This document shows positions 1 through 9,578 of a DNA stretch of 64,000 bases, piece after piece. The stretch is from NCBI GenBank assembly GCA_035642535.1, contig DASQSE010000016.1, forward strand, positions 17,329-81,328. The letters run 5' to 3'. The notes below the pieces were generated by a model that did not search any database, was not told where the DNA came from, and worked only from the letters and a program-made list of their open reading frames with translations. Position numbers and translations under genes: made by a program. The first letter of the stretch is position 1; each line of letters opens with the position of its first letter. This stretch comes from Jatrophihabitans sp. Lineage in GTDB: Bacteria > Actinomycetota > Actinomycetes > Mycobacteriales > Jatrophihabitantaceae.

Positions 1-378
1 CTTCTCCCGGAGCGCCGCCACGGTGTCGACGAGTTCAGTGCTGCGGATGATCGTCGTCGGCGTCCAGGTCAGATCGCTCTCGGTCAGCGTGTCCGACACG
101 ACGTACTTCTGGGTGCGGTTGATCCAATCGGAGAAGGGGTCGCCGCTGCGCTCGGGCCACGCCGTGGCCGAAACCTGGTAGGTGCGCCGGCCCTGCAGCA
201 GGGCCCCGCCGCGGGCGGCGAACTCGCCGATGACGCCGCCCATGACCTCCGGATCGAAGAAGCGCCCCGACCAGCCGCCGTGCCGGAACCCTCCGCTGGT
301 GTCCTCCTCCGGACCGCCGGGCGCCTGAACGACGCCGTCCAGGCTCATGAACTCGCTCACCACGACTCGCATCGTCAT
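1..378 (-). CDS. Dihydrofolate reductase/RibD C-terminal domain family protein (runs off window edge; start 378 or 372)
   Basis: My translation of the minus strand: MRVVVSEFMSLDGVVQAPGGPEED...GWSGRFF...LLQGRRTY...KYVVSDTL, with the SLDG and GRxTY motifs of this family. Not in the ORF track because it is truncated. Confidence 0.85.
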   Translation of the reverse strand, partial: MTMRVVVSEFMSLDGVVQAPGGPEEDTSGGFRHGGWSGRFFDPEVMGGVIGEFAARGGALLQGRRTYQVSATAWPERSGDPFSDWINRTQKYVVSDTLTESDLTWTPTTIIRSTELVDTVAALREK

Positions 379-413
379 TCCCCATTCGCTCGCGCAGCCA
401 CCATCGGTATGTG

Positions 414-439
414 GACGCCCGACAGCGACGAAACTCATC
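414..439 (-). promoter_or_regulatory. Candidate ECF-sigma promoter for the RibD-like gene
   Basis: Minus strand GATGAG-N16-CGTC, ending about 35 nt upstream of the start; ECF-type -35/-10 spacing. Inference. Confidence 0.35.
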
Positions 440-667
440 GTCACACGCCGCAACAGACCATACGGTCATGCGCCGTCGTCACGTGCGCATTCGTCGTGGC
501 GATCTCGGGCGAATCTGTCCCGATGACGCCCGAATCCGCACAAGATCAACGGAACGAGACCTGTCGATTCCCGGCGGACATCGGCCTATTGACTCGTCCG
601 ACCGAAGCCGTCAACGTTCTCACTACCGTCATGATCGGGTCTGTTGCAGCACACGGGGGTGGTAGAC

Positions 668-1387
668 ATGGATCTTCGCAGGACTGGTCAGATCTTCGGC
701 TGGCTGTTCATCGGGACATTCATCACGAGCATCCCGGCTCGGCTCCTGTTCATCCACGGAGTAGGTGCGAGCTGGACCGACATGCACTTCGTCTCCGGGG
801 AAACCTCCACCGCGAGCCTGAAGTGGGGCGCGGTCCTCGAGTTCGGCCTGATCGTCACCCAGATCGGAACCGCGGTCGTCATCTATCCGCTGGCCAGGCG
901 GCAGAGCGAAACGGTCTCGCTCGGATACGTCACCGCCCGCGTCATGGAGTCCGTCTTCGCCGCGATCGGCATCATGAGCATGCTCTCGGTCGTGTCCGTT
1001 ATTGATGCATTGGGCGGCACAACTGGCAGCGGAGTCACGGCCCTCAACACGCAAGGCAACTCGCTGGTGCACACCTATGAGTGGGCCTTCGAGTGGGGGC
1101 CCGGACTTGTGGCCGGCATCGGGAACGGCGTGCTGCTGGGCTACCTGATGTACAGATCGGCGCTCGTCCCGCCGCGCATGGCGCTATTGGGTCTCATCGG
1201 CGGGCCCATCCTGATGCTCTCGTTCGTGATGATCCTGACCGGCGTCTACAAGAACGGAGAGGGACCTTCCGGCCTGCTGACGCTCCCGGAGGCCGCGTGG
1301 GAGCTGTCGCTCGGCATCTACTGCGCGTGGAAGGGCTTCCGCTCGTCGAGCCCCATCGCCCGACCCGAGATGGCGATGGCGCAGTGA
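668..1387 (+). CDS. DUF4386 family membrane protein
   Basis: Multiple TM helices; GQIFGWLFIGTFITSIPA, IGTAVVIYP, LGYVTARVMES, WELSLGIY patterns. ATG 668 preferred over the 644 ORF start. Confidence 0.75.
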   Translation: MDLRRTGQIFGWLFIGTFITSIPARLLFIHGVGASWTDMHFVSGETSTASLKWGAVLEFGLIVTQIGTAVVIYPLARRQSETVSLGYVTARVMESVFAAIGIMSMLSVVSVIDALGGTTGSGVTALNTQGNSLVHTYEWAFEWGPGLVAGIGNGVLLGYLMYRSALVPPRMALLGLIGGPILMLSFVMILTGVYKNGEGPSGLLTLPEAAWELSLGIYCAWKGFRSSSPIARPEMAMAQ

Positions 1388-1695
1388 CCACTATTGCCGC
1401 CTGACATCCGCATCGGTTCCTGAGACCACACAAATCCTGCAAGTCGTATCTAGGGCGTCGATGTATATCCTTCGCCGCGATGTACGGCGTAGAGATGGTC
1501 GTTAGCGGGCAGTCGGCCCGGGTGTCCACCGTCGCGACGCTCAATCCCAGGCACAGGTACCTGTCGCCGCCCGGCGCGCGCCGCTTGTCGGCAGTCCGGC
1601 GACGCCCATCACCTGGGTCACCGCTCCCGCCTGGTCCCTCGGCACTCTCGCGGTGAGCTACTTCTACTTCTGGCGCAGTTACGAGGAGCACGGCA

Positions 1696-4554
1696 ATGTC
1701 TAAGGCACCCACCAGCCCGTCGGCGACGGGCAAGCCGGCGCCGCCTGAATCCGAGACGGAGACCGACACCAAGACCAAGACCAAGACAGCGGAGCAGACC
1801 GCGGTCGTCAACGACGTCGCGTTCCTGAAGCGGGTAACCCTCCGGCGCGCTCTCAAACGTTGGGGCATTCGCCTGTGCATCGCTGCGGTCGGCCTGGTTG
1901 TCCTCTGGTCGCTGTTGGCGGTGGTGGCCCGAATCGCCACCACCTACATGTGGTTCGACTCGGTACACGACGGCGCTGTGTACCGGACCACGCTCGAGGC
2001 TCAGATCGCGCTGTTCTGCATCTTCGGCGCACTCGGCGGGCTCGTGGGTGGCCTGACGCTGCTGGCCCTGCGCCGCATGCGGTCGCTTCTCCAGTTCTCT
2101 GCGGAGGGCGACGACACCTTCCGCTGGCTGTTCCGCAAGCACGAACCGCGCATTTGGCGAGTTCTCCTACTCCTCGCAGTGGTCATCCCGGGGATCCTGA
2201 TCGGGCAGCGCGCAGCCGCGGGTTGGCAGACGTACCTGCTCTGGAGCCACGCCGCGCCATGGCACGTGACGGACCCGTTGTTCCACAAGGACATCTCGTT
2301 CTTCGTCGAGGTCAATCCCTTCCACCTCATGGTCGTGGCCCTGCTTTCGCAGGCCATCGTGTACGGCCTTTGGATCGCCGTAATAGCCGGCTTCTGGTAC
2401 GGAGCGTGGCAGACCAAGAAGGGCAGCCAGAAGGTCAGCAGCGGCTTCGTCAGGCTGACGTCGCTGCTGCTGGCCGGGTACTTGGTGCTCAAGGCAGTCA
2501 ACTACTGGATGTCCCGATACGCCGTCACCACCTCGCAGCGAGGACCCGTGACGGGGCCGTCGTACACCGACGTCCACGCGGCGGTGCCGAGCAAGTACGT
2601 CATGATGGCCATCGCCATCGTGTGCGCCGTGGCATTGGTCGCGGCCCCACTCTTCGCCGGCCGCGTCCGCGCGCTCAGCGGCGTCGGGGTGCTGGCCGGC
2701 GCCGTGTGTGTGATGGTCGTCGCCGCAGGGGTGATCGGCTCTGCCTGGCCGGGCCTGGTGTCCCACTTCCGCGAGGGACCGAGTGCCGCGAAGGTCGACC
2801 TCGGCGAGATCGCCGACAACCAGAAGGCCACCCTCGCAGCGTTCGGCCTCGCCGGAGACGTCAATACGCTTCCGTACGACCCGTCCAAGACCGTCAACGG
2901 CGCGGCACTTGTGCAGCAGGCCCGCCGGACCGCTCAGGTGTCGTTGATCGATCCGAACCAGCTGTCGCCGACGTTCAACGTGGAGCAGCAGTACCAGGCC
3001 TACTACGGCTTCAAGTCGACGCTGGACAACGGCAACTACAGCATCGACGGACATCAGCAGGACGTGGTCCTCGCGACGCGCGAGCTGACCACCAGCGGAG
3101 TCCCCCACCCGAGCTGGGTCAACAACCATCTCGTGTACACACATGGGTACGGCGTCGTGGCAGCGCCCACCACCAAGGTCAATCCCAAGACCGAGAGCCC
3201 GGTGTTCCTGGACGGCGGGATGCCACCGAGTCAGCAGATTCCCGTCACTCGACCTCAGATCTACTTCGGGCAGGCGTTCGGCGCATCGTCGTACTCGATC
3301 GTGGGCCAGCCCGCCGGCAGCCAAGAGAAGCTCGAGTTCGACCATCCGGGTCACAACGGGTCGTCGAACTCGGCGCACACGACCTACCAGGGAGACGGCG
3401 GGATCCCGATCGGCTCGACCTTGCGTCGGTTCCTGTTCGCGGTCCAGCTACACGACCCGAACATCCTGTTCAGCTCCGAGCTCAACAGCGCCTCGCAGAT
3501 CCTCACGGTGCGCGACCCGCGAGCCAGGGTCGCCAAGGTGGCCCCTTGGCTGACCCTGGACGGCGATGTCTACCCGGCAGTGGTCAACGGGCAGATCAAG
3601 TGGATCGTCGACGGCTACACGAGTTCAGCCGCCTATCCGGACTCGCAGCTCGTCAACCTGCACACGGCCAGCGCGACCACCCTGACGGCGAACGGATCGT
3701 CGGTCGCGCAGCCGAACCAACAGGTCAACTACCTGCAGAACTCGGTGAAGGCCGTCGTCGACGCGTACACCGGCAAGGTGACGCTGTACGAGTGGAACCA
3801 GACCCAACATCCGGACCAGCTGCTCAAGGCATGGGAATCGGTCTACCCCGGCCTGGTGCAGCCACAGTCCAGCATTCCGTCGGCCATGCTGCCGCAGCTG
3901 CGCTATCCCACGGACCTGTTCAACGTGCAGCGCTACCTGCTGGCGAAATACCATGTGCCGCACCCGGCGGACTTCTACAGCGGCAACGACTTCTGGACGG
4001 TGCCGTCCGACCCGTCCGTCGCCGCCTCCGTGACGATCAACTCGACGTCTACTCGGGGCACGTCCAACTTGCCGCTGCCCGCGAAGTACATGTCGATGTC
4101 GCCCGACGGGATTAGCCCGCAGCAGTACTCGCTGTCCAGCCCGATGGTGACGCTCAACGGACGACAGCTCGCCTCCTTCGTTTACGTCAACTCCCAACCG
4201 GGGCCGGACTACGGAAAGTTCACCGTGTTGGACTTCCCGTCAGCGTCGGGAGGCGAGTCGCCCTCCCAGGTGCAGAACGACATCGAGTCGGACACCAAGA
4301 TCACGAAGGCGCTGACGCTGCAGCGTGGTGGTAACTCGAAGGTGGTGGTCGGCGACCTGGAGGCCGTTCCGGTGGCCGGGCGCCTGCTGTACGTGGAGCC
4401 TGTCTACACCCAGTCGAGCGGCGGCGCGTCGTTCCCGATCCTGCGTCACGTCATCGCGCTGTACGCCAACGGTGACCCGTCGTTCGACAACAGTCTGGGA
4501 TCGGCCATCAGGGACGCCATCGATTCGGCGGACGGGGCCAGCCCGCCAGGGTGA
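1696..4554 (+). CDS. UPF0182 family membrane protein
   Basis: 952 aa; N-terminal TM bundle, DPLFHKDISFF, YTDVHA, WVNNHLVYTHGYG, PQIYFG, LTLDGDVYP, WIVDGYT, YLQNSVKAVVDAYTG; RBS GAGGAG at 1683-1688. Confidence 0.92.
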   Translation: MSKAPTSPSATGKPAPPESETETDTKTKTKTAEQTAVVNDVAFLKRVTLRRALKRWGIRLCIAAVGLVVLWSLLAVVARIATTYMWFDSVHDGAVYRTTLEAQIALFCIFGALGGLVGGLTLLALRRMRSLLQFSAEGDDTFRWLFRKHEPRIWRVLLLLAVVIPGILIGQRAAAGWQTYLLWSHAAPWHVTDPLFHKDISFFVEVNPFHLMVVALLSQAIVYGLWIAVIAGFWYGAWQTKKGSQKVSSGFVRLTSLLLAGYLVLKAVNYWMSRYAVTTSQRGPVTGPSYTDVHAAVPSKYVMMAIAIVCAVALVAAPLFAGRVRALSGVGVLAGAVCVMVVAAGVIGSAWPGLVSHFREGPSAAKVDLGEIADNQKATLAAFGLAGDVNTLPYDPSKTVNGAALVQQARRTAQVSLIDPNQLSPTFNVEQQYQAYYGFKSTLDNGNYSIDGHQQDVVLATRELTTSGVPHPSWVNNHLVYTHGYGVVAAPTTKVNPKTESPVFLDGGMPPSQQIPVTRPQIYFGQAFGASSYSIVGQPAGSQEKLEFDHPGHNGSSNSAHTTYQGDGGIPIGSTLRRFLFAVQLHDPNILFSSELNSASQILTVRDPRARVAKVAPWLTLDGDVYPAVVNGQIKWIVDGYTSSAAYPDSQLVNLHTASATTLTANGSSVAQPNQQVNYLQNSVKAVVDAYTGKVTLYEWNQTQHPDQLLKAWESVYPGLVQPQSSIPSAMLPQLRYPTDLFNVQRYLLAKYHVPHPADFYSGNDFWTVPSDPSVAASVTINSTSTRGTSNLPLPAKYMSMSPDGISPQQYSLSSPMVTLNGRQLASFVYVNSQPGPDYGKFTVLDFPSASGGESPSQVQNDIESDTKITKALTLQRGGNSKVVVGDLEAVPVAGRLLYVEPVYTQSSGGASFPILRHVIALYANGDPSFDNSLGSAIRDAIDSADGASPPG

Positions 4555-4566
4555 CGCCGCACGCCT

Positions 4567-4593
4567 GCAACCTCACGCGCTCGCCACCACGTC
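4567..4593 (+). promoter_or_regulatory. Candidate ECF (SigE-type) promoter GCAACC-N17-CGTC
   Basis: GCAACC 4567-4572, 17-nt spacer, CGTC 4590-4593; nearly the same as the motif in front of the ECF gene at 10089-10115. Confidence 0.55.
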
Positions 4594-4628
4594 CCCATTG
4601 GTAGGGACGCGACCGCGAGGAGCGCAAC

Positions 4629-5663
4629 GTGCCCGTTGCGCCGTCCCTGCCGGGGTTGCTGACATTGGCGGTGAACCTGATGAGCAGATTCGAAGAACAA
4701 GTGTCCCGTCTGCATGACCAGATTCGTGCCCGCCGGCGCTGGGCAGTGCCCGCGCTCGCTGCCGCCGGCGTGGCTGTCGTGGCCGTCGTGGGTTCGCTCG
4801 TCGTGTTCGGCGGGTCGCCATCTCCCAAGGAGCGCCCGCCGGCGGGGAGCACCGACGCCTTGCCGACCGCCCAGTCCAAGCACCCACAACGCGACGCGAC
4901 GCGCACGGCGCGAACCCTGATCGCGAACGCGACCGTCCTGCCCGGCGCACGGCCCGTCGGACGGAAACCTGTCGCCGCCCTGGAAGCCGGCCAGGCGGTA
5001 GCCGGACCGAAGAACAAGACGGTCTGGCGCCATGCGTTCTGGACCGCACCGGGCAAGGTCATGGCAGCGCTCGACTACCTCAAGGCCCATGCTCCGGACG
5101 GGATGAAGCAGCGCGGATCGAGCACGTCACGCGGCGGGGCCGGCCCCACCGTCCATGGCCTCGCGTTCGGCGAGACGACATGGCGGCCGTACAACGTGCA
5201 TTGGTGGGTGAATTTCAGTGTCACGCCGTTCCACAGCGGCGTCGCGGTGGCGGCCTACGCGGAAGTGATCTGGGCGCCGTACCGCTCGCGACATGACTTG
5301 GTGCCGTCATCGGTGACGTCGGTGAACGTCACTGTCGTCACGCCGCTTCACCAGGGCGAACCCGCGCTGCATAAGAAGCTCACCGGCGGCGCCGCGCGGG
5401 CGCTTGCCGGCGCGGTGAACCAGCTGCCCCGGACGAACCCCGTCGGCCCGATCCCCTGCCCGCTCGGCGAAAACCTGTCCGACACGCTCGTCTTCCGCAG
5501 CTCGGGACCGACCGCGCAGGTGAAGGTGGACCTGGCCGGCTGCGCCAGCAGCACCTTCCGGCTCGGCCACCGCCAGCCCATCCAACTGGCGGATCCCACC
5601 GGGCTGCACAACACGATCATGACCGCGCTCGGCCTGCCGAAGAACTACGGCCGCCCAGGCTGA
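4629..5663 (+). CDS. Hypothetical single-pass membrane protein, anti-sigma-like topology
   Basis: RBS GAGGAG before GTG 4629 (alternative ATG 4680); basic stretch RARRRW, then a TM helix, then an extracellular domain with two Cys. Confidence 0.65.
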   Translation: MPVAPSLPGLLTLAVNLMSRFEEQVSRLHDQIRARRRWAVPALAAAGVAVVAVVGSLVVFGGSPSPKERPPAGSTDALPTAQSKHPQRDATRTARTLIANATVLPGARPVGRKPVAALEAGQAVAGPKNKTVWRHAFWTAPGKVMAALDYLKAHAPDGMKQRGSSTSRGGAGPTVHGLAFGETTWRPYNVHWWVNFSVTPFHSGVAVAAYAEVIWAPYRSRHDLVPSSVTSVNVTVVTPLHQGEPALHKKLTGGAARALAGAVNQLPRTNPVGPIPCPLGENLSDTLVFRSSGPTAQVKVDLAGCASSTFRLGHRQPIQLADPTGLHNTIMTALGLPKNYGRPG

Positions 5664-5720
5664 GGTCGGACCAACCGCCGAGACGTGCACACTCGCGTCA
5701 GGTTCGGGTATTGCATCGGT

Positions 5721-6128
5721 ATGGACAACGCGCCGCGCACCTTCTCCTTCGCCTTCGAGGACCGCTACCGGCTCCCGGCGCTGCTCTTCGGCGTAACGCC
5801 CGAGCGCACCGGCATCGTCATCGACGCCGGGCAGCTTCGCGTCCGGTTCGGCCTGTGGCGGATCGCCACCGAACTGAGCAACATCACGTCGGTGACGGCC
5901 ACCGGACCGTACCGGTTCCTCAAGACCGCCGGCCCGGCCCGGCTCGCTGTCACCGACCGCGGCCTGACCTTCGCGACCAATTCGCAGGCCGGCGTTGAGA
6001 TGACGTTTGCGACACCCATCCGCGGCATCGATCCGGCCGGGGTGATCCGGCATCCGAACCTGACGCTGACCCCGGACGACGTGGCCGGATTTGCTGCGGC
6101 GCTGGCGGCACCTGGATCGGCGCCCTGA
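5721..6128 (+). CDS. Conserved hypothetical protein (bacterial PH-like fold possible)
   Basis: Coding-like composition, LRVRFGLWRIATELSNI...GLTFATN; probable leaderless ATG. Confidence 0.65.
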   Translation: MDNAPRTFSFAFEDRYRLPALLFGVTPERTGIVIDAGQLRVRFGLWRIATELSNITSVTATGPYRFLKTAGPARLAVTDRGLTFATNSQAGVEMTFATPIRGIDPAGVIRHPNLTLTPDDVAGFAAALAAPGSAP

Positions 6129-6160
6129 CCCGCGAGAGACCCCTCGAGCGCTCGTGCGCT

Positions 6161-7447
6161 TCAGGACCGGGATCGTCCCACGGACTCGATCACGTCGGCG
6201 CCGCGCCGAAGGCCGCCGCGCTCATGAATCGCGGCGCCGAGGGTGCGCATTCGCTCGCGCAGCACGGCGTCCGCGAGAAGTGCGTCCACCGCCTCGAGGA
6301 ACTCGTCGTCGCTGAATGAGTAGGTCGGCAGGCGACGGCCGAAGCCGAGTTCGGCGACACGTTGTGCGTTGTCGTACTGGTCCCAGAACAGCGGCAGGAC
6401 GATCATCGGCTTGCCGAAGTGCAGCGTCTCGGTGGTCGTGTTGTTGCCGCCGTGCGTGATCACCAGATCCACCTCAGGGATGATCGAGGTCTGCGGGAGC
6501 ATTGCTGCGCCGATCATGTTTGCGCCGAGCGTGAGCTGTTCCGCGCGCGGGCCCATGCTCACGATCACCCGATGCCGCGTCTTCGCGAGCAGGTCGATGA
6601 GGCGTTGCATCAACGCCACGTCCGCCGCGCCGAGTGAACCGAGTGACAGGTAGATGAGCCCACCGTCGCCGTTCTCGAACGAGCGCGGCCGCGTCCAGGG
6701 CTCGTCGGTCGCCCGCACGCTGGAGTCCATCCGATGCCATGTGCCGTCGAGGGGACGCAGGTTGAGGTAGTCCGCCTCGGCGGGATAGACGTACAGGTTC
6801 GCTGCGGTCGAGGTGTGGACGAACTCGAGGTCGGGTAGCGGCGGCGCGCCCTGCTCCCGAACCCAATCGTTGAAGTCGGTCCACATCGCCCGGTGGGTGC
6901 GTTCGAACTCGGCGCGATAGGCGGCCCAGCCGCTCCGGTCGTCGGCCGGGTAACCGGAGAAGCGCGGCGCAATACCTTCACCCGGAATCTCGAGCGGGTT
7001 GCACGACACGATCCGCACCCACGGCGCGGGCGAGGTCATCAGCGCCGGAAATGTCACCACGTTGTCCTCGACGATCACGCTCGGACGCACCGCGTCGATG
7101 ATCGAGCGCAGCTGCGCCTCGCAGTAGCGCGCGCCGTCGATGAGCGCCTGATAGGTCGGCTGAATGAACGTCGACAGTTGCTCGATCGTCGGCTTGCGGA
7201 ACTCCGGCGCCGTGTCTGCGATGAACTCGGTCCAGAACTGGCCGGCGTCCTCGGCGGCCCCTTCCACCGGCGCCGCAAGGTCGACCAGTCGCTCGTCGAA
7301 GCCGTACGGCTCGAGCCGGCCCCGCCAGGAGGACTCGGCGGCGAACACGACGCGGTGACCGCGGCCAAGGAGCACGTTGCCCAGGCCGATGCACTGGTTG
7401 GTCGGGCCGTATGCGGACTCGGGCATGAACAGGACGGTCAAGGCCAT
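6161..7447 (-). CDS. GT1 / MGT-family UDP-glycosyltransferase
   Basis: AYGPTNQCIGLG N-terminal motif, IYLSLGS, LPQTSII...ITHGGNNTTTETLHFGKPMIVLPLFWDQYDNA (UGT signature). Confidence 0.9.
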   Translation of the reverse strand: MALTVLFMPESAYGPTNQCIGLGNVLLGRGHRVVFAAESSWRGRLEPYGFDERLVDLAAPVEGAAEDAGQFWTEFIADTAPEFRKPTIEQLSTFIQPTYQALIDGARYCEAQLRSIIDAVRPSVIVEDNVVTFPALMTSPAPWVRIVSCNPLEIPGEGIAPRFSGYPADDRSGWAAYRAEFERTHRAMWTDFNDWVREQGAPPLPDLEFVHTSTAANLYVYPAEADYLNLRPLDGTWHRMDSSVRATDEPWTRPRSFENGDGGLIYLSLGSLGAADVALMQRLIDLLAKTRHRVIVSMGPRAEQLTLGANMIGAAMLPQTSIIPEVDLVITHGGNNTTTETLHFGKPMIVLPLFWDQYDNAQRVAELGFGRRLPTYSFSDDEFLEAVDALLADAVLRERMRTLGAAIHERGGLRRGADVIESVGRSRS

Positions 7448-7525
7448 GTCGCGACGATAGGGTCCCGAGCACGCTCTCCCCTAGACCCTGGCTTGCTCCG
7501 TGCGCGTGAAGCGCAACTCCCGTTG

Positions 7526-7864
7526 TCACGGAGGGCCTTCGGCCGCTGGCGATGTCCGCGTCACGAGCGCGACGCGCGGCCGGCAGCCGGGCAGATCCGA
7601 GCCCTTGACTCGTACCAGCGCATCGACGTTCAGCGGCGGCGGACCGGGCGCTACCAGCCCGTCCGATCCGACCGGCACCGCGCGCCGGTCCGGGCGCTTC
7701 CGCTCCGGAACGGCGATCGTCACCGGCACAGCAACGAGCGAGTACGGCTGGACAGTCACCGTGATCCGACCGTTCGTCGTGCATGTCTCGTTCCCGCGCT
7801 CGACGAGCTGACTGACGCGCAGCAACGGCAGACGGACTAGCCGTCGAGGATTCGCTCGGCCCAT
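7526..7864 (-). CDS. Hypothetical small protein or gene remnant
   Basis: GC3-rich open frame filling the gap between SnoaL and the GT gene; no recognisable family and no clear RBS. Confidence 0.25.
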   Translation of the reverse strand: MGRANPRRLVRLPLLRVSQLVERGNETCTTNGRITVTVQPYSLVAVPVTIAVPERKRPDRRAVPVGSDGLVAPGPPPLNVDALVRVKGSDLPGCRPRVALVTRTSPAAEGPP

Positions 7865-8214
7865 TGCGCCCGGTACGCCGGCGCCTCCCACGGCTCGCAG
7901 ATATAGATCCGTTCGCGGCAGATGAGACCGTCACGTACGTCCAGGATCGCCGCTACCGGGTGCGGCACGTCGCCGTCGATGAACATCGTCAGCTCCACGG
8001 CAACGCGGTCTTCTGCACCGAACCAACGTTCCATTCGGAAATGCGTCGGACGACCCGGGTACGCGTTGCGAGACGCGGTGATGGCCGATCGGCCACGGAT
8101 GCGCTCGCCGCTCTGCACGTACTCCAAGGTGGCGTCGTCCGTGTAGAGCTCCGCTGCGGCGCTGTTGTCGATGCCGATCGACTCGAAGTGTTGCCGCAAT
8201 GTCTCTTCGTCCAT
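7837..8214 (-). CDS. SnoaL-like / NTF2 family protein
   Basis: LYTDDATLEYVQSGERIRG...RERIYICEPWEAPAYRAQW pattern. Confidence 0.85.
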   Translation of the reverse strand: MDEETLRQHFESIGIDNSAAAELYTDDATLEYVQSGERIRGRSAITASRNAYPGRPTHFRMERWFGAEDRVAVELTMFIDGDVPHPVAAILDVRDGLICRERIYICEPWEAPAYRAQWAERILDG

Positions 8215-8375
8215 CACGCCCCCGATCGCCGGAACCCATCCTCCACCACGTCAACGCCATCCGGAGTCGCTCTCTTTACCGTCCGAACCACGAATTTTCA
8301 GTCACGGCGTCGAAACGGCGCGGGCTCGATCGACGCGTGAGTAACGGCCAAGCTCACTACAGGAGGATTACCGAA

Positions 8376-8900
8376 ATGAAGATCATCAATCTGGGTCACG
8401 CGGAAGGGCTCCCCCCGGTGGATTGGACCGCCGTTGTCGACAAGCTCGATGCAGGCTCGGGGCCGGCTCCGGATGCGGTGAACGCCCGCACGACGTGGCT
8501 ATCCACCGTCAACGAGGACGGCAGCCCGCATGTCACTGCGGTCGGTGCCCTCTGGGTGGACGGCGCGTTCTGGTTCCAAACTGGCGACGGGACACGCAAA
8601 GGGCGCAACGTCACGCGCGATCCACGGTGTTCGATCGCGGTGTCGATCCGCGACGCGGACGTCGTCGTCGAGGGTGAAGCGGTGCGGGTGTCCGAGCCAG
8701 GCACGGTGGCGCGGCTTGCGAAGGCGTGGGCGGACCAAGGGTGGCCCGCGCAGCCCGACGAGAGCGGCACTGGCATCACAGCGCCGTTCAATGCACCGTC
8801 GCAAGGACCGCCGCCGTGGCACGTGTATCGCATCGAGCCACGCTCGGCGACGGTGGTCTTGGCGGCGGAGCCCGGCGGCCTGACCCGCTTCCAGTTCTGA
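8376..8900 (+). CDS. Pyridoxamine 5'-phosphate oxidase-like (split-barrel flavin/F420-binding) protein
   Basis: TTWLSTVNEDGSPHVTAV, TRKGRNVTRDPRCSI; RBS AGGAGG at 8361-8366. Confidence 0.85.
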   Translation: MKIINLGHAEGLPPVDWTAVVDKLDAGSGPAPDAVNARTTWLSTVNEDGSPHVTAVGALWVDGAFWFQTGDGTRKGRNVTRDPRCSIAVSIRDADVVVEGEAVRVSEPGTVARLAKAWADQGWPAQPDESGTGITAPFNAPSQGPPPWHVYRIEPRSATVVLAAEPGGLTRFQF

Positions 8901-8911
8901 CTCTGCCCGCG

Positions 8912-8944
8912 CGAGGGCGACGCCGGCGCAAGGCGTCGCCCTCG
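8912..8944. terminator. Probable bidirectional intrinsic terminator
   Basis: Perfect 13-bp stem CGAGGGCGACGCC / GGCGTCGCCCTCG with a 7-nt loop, between convergent genes. Confidence 0.7.
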
Positions 8945-8960
8945 TCCGTGCACCCGTTGG

Positions 8961-9578
8961 CTAGCCGACCCCGGCCTGCGCCTCCGACGTGACGGTCACG
9001 CCGGAGGCGAACTCGATGAGTTGGTCGTCGGTGAGCGCGACGTCTTGCCAGTCCTGCACCAGGATGTCGTGCGTGCCGTCGGTGTATTCGAGGACCTTCG
9101 CGGGTGGTCCTTGGCGCAGGTACCCGGGATGGCCATTGACGGTGACTGGTGTGCCGGAGGTGTCGGTCTTCGCGTCGCGCGACTGCAGCATCACGACGAG
9201 CTTGCCCTCGAACGCGTCCAGCGATGTGTGGTCACCGGGCTGGGCGATGTCGAGGTTGAAGGAGGTCGCGCCTTGCAGCACGTATCCCTCGGGAACCTCG
9301 CTGATCGTGAAGCCTGGCGGTTGCGCACCGGTGTAGGCGACCAGCTTGACCTGCTCGGGCGAGTTGCTGTGGCCGGACGAGCCGAATCTCGAGGCGTAGG
9401 TCAACGAGGCGGCGGTTGCCAGCGCGGCGGTCAGGGCGACGCCGGCCGTGGCTCTGCGTACCCGGCGGCGCTTGAGCGCGGCCCGGCCGCGCTGCACATC
9501 GGCCTGCACGGTGGCCTCGGTCGGCTCAGTGGCGCGTAGGGCCGAAAGCTCGGCCAGTCGGTCAGTCGGCTCGTGCAC
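8961..9578 (-). CDS. Putative anti-sigma factor (single-pass membrane protein)
   Basis: Overlaps the ECF sigma stop; GRAALKRRRVRR followed by a TM helix and an extracellular domain. Confidence 0.7.
   Translation of the reverse strand: MHEPTDRLAELSALRATEPTEATVQADVQRGRAALKRRRVRRATAGVALTAALATAASLTYASRFGSSGHSNSPEQVKLVAYTGAQPPGFTISEVPEGYVLQGATSFNLDIAQPGDHTSLDAFEGKLVVMLQSRDAKTDTSGTPVTVNGHPGYLRQGPPAKVLEYTDGTHDILVQDWQDVALTDDQLIEFASGVTVTSEAQAGVG

Noticed and set aside
589-614. TTGAC-N16-GTCAA inverted repeat upstream of DUF4386
   Set aside because: Only 5-bp arms and no adjacent regulator; plausible operator but unsupported.
7780-7840. ALDELTDAQQRQ in a plus-strand frame as a sigma region-4 fragment
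   Set aside because: Short coincidental match inside a shadow ORF; no HTH follows.
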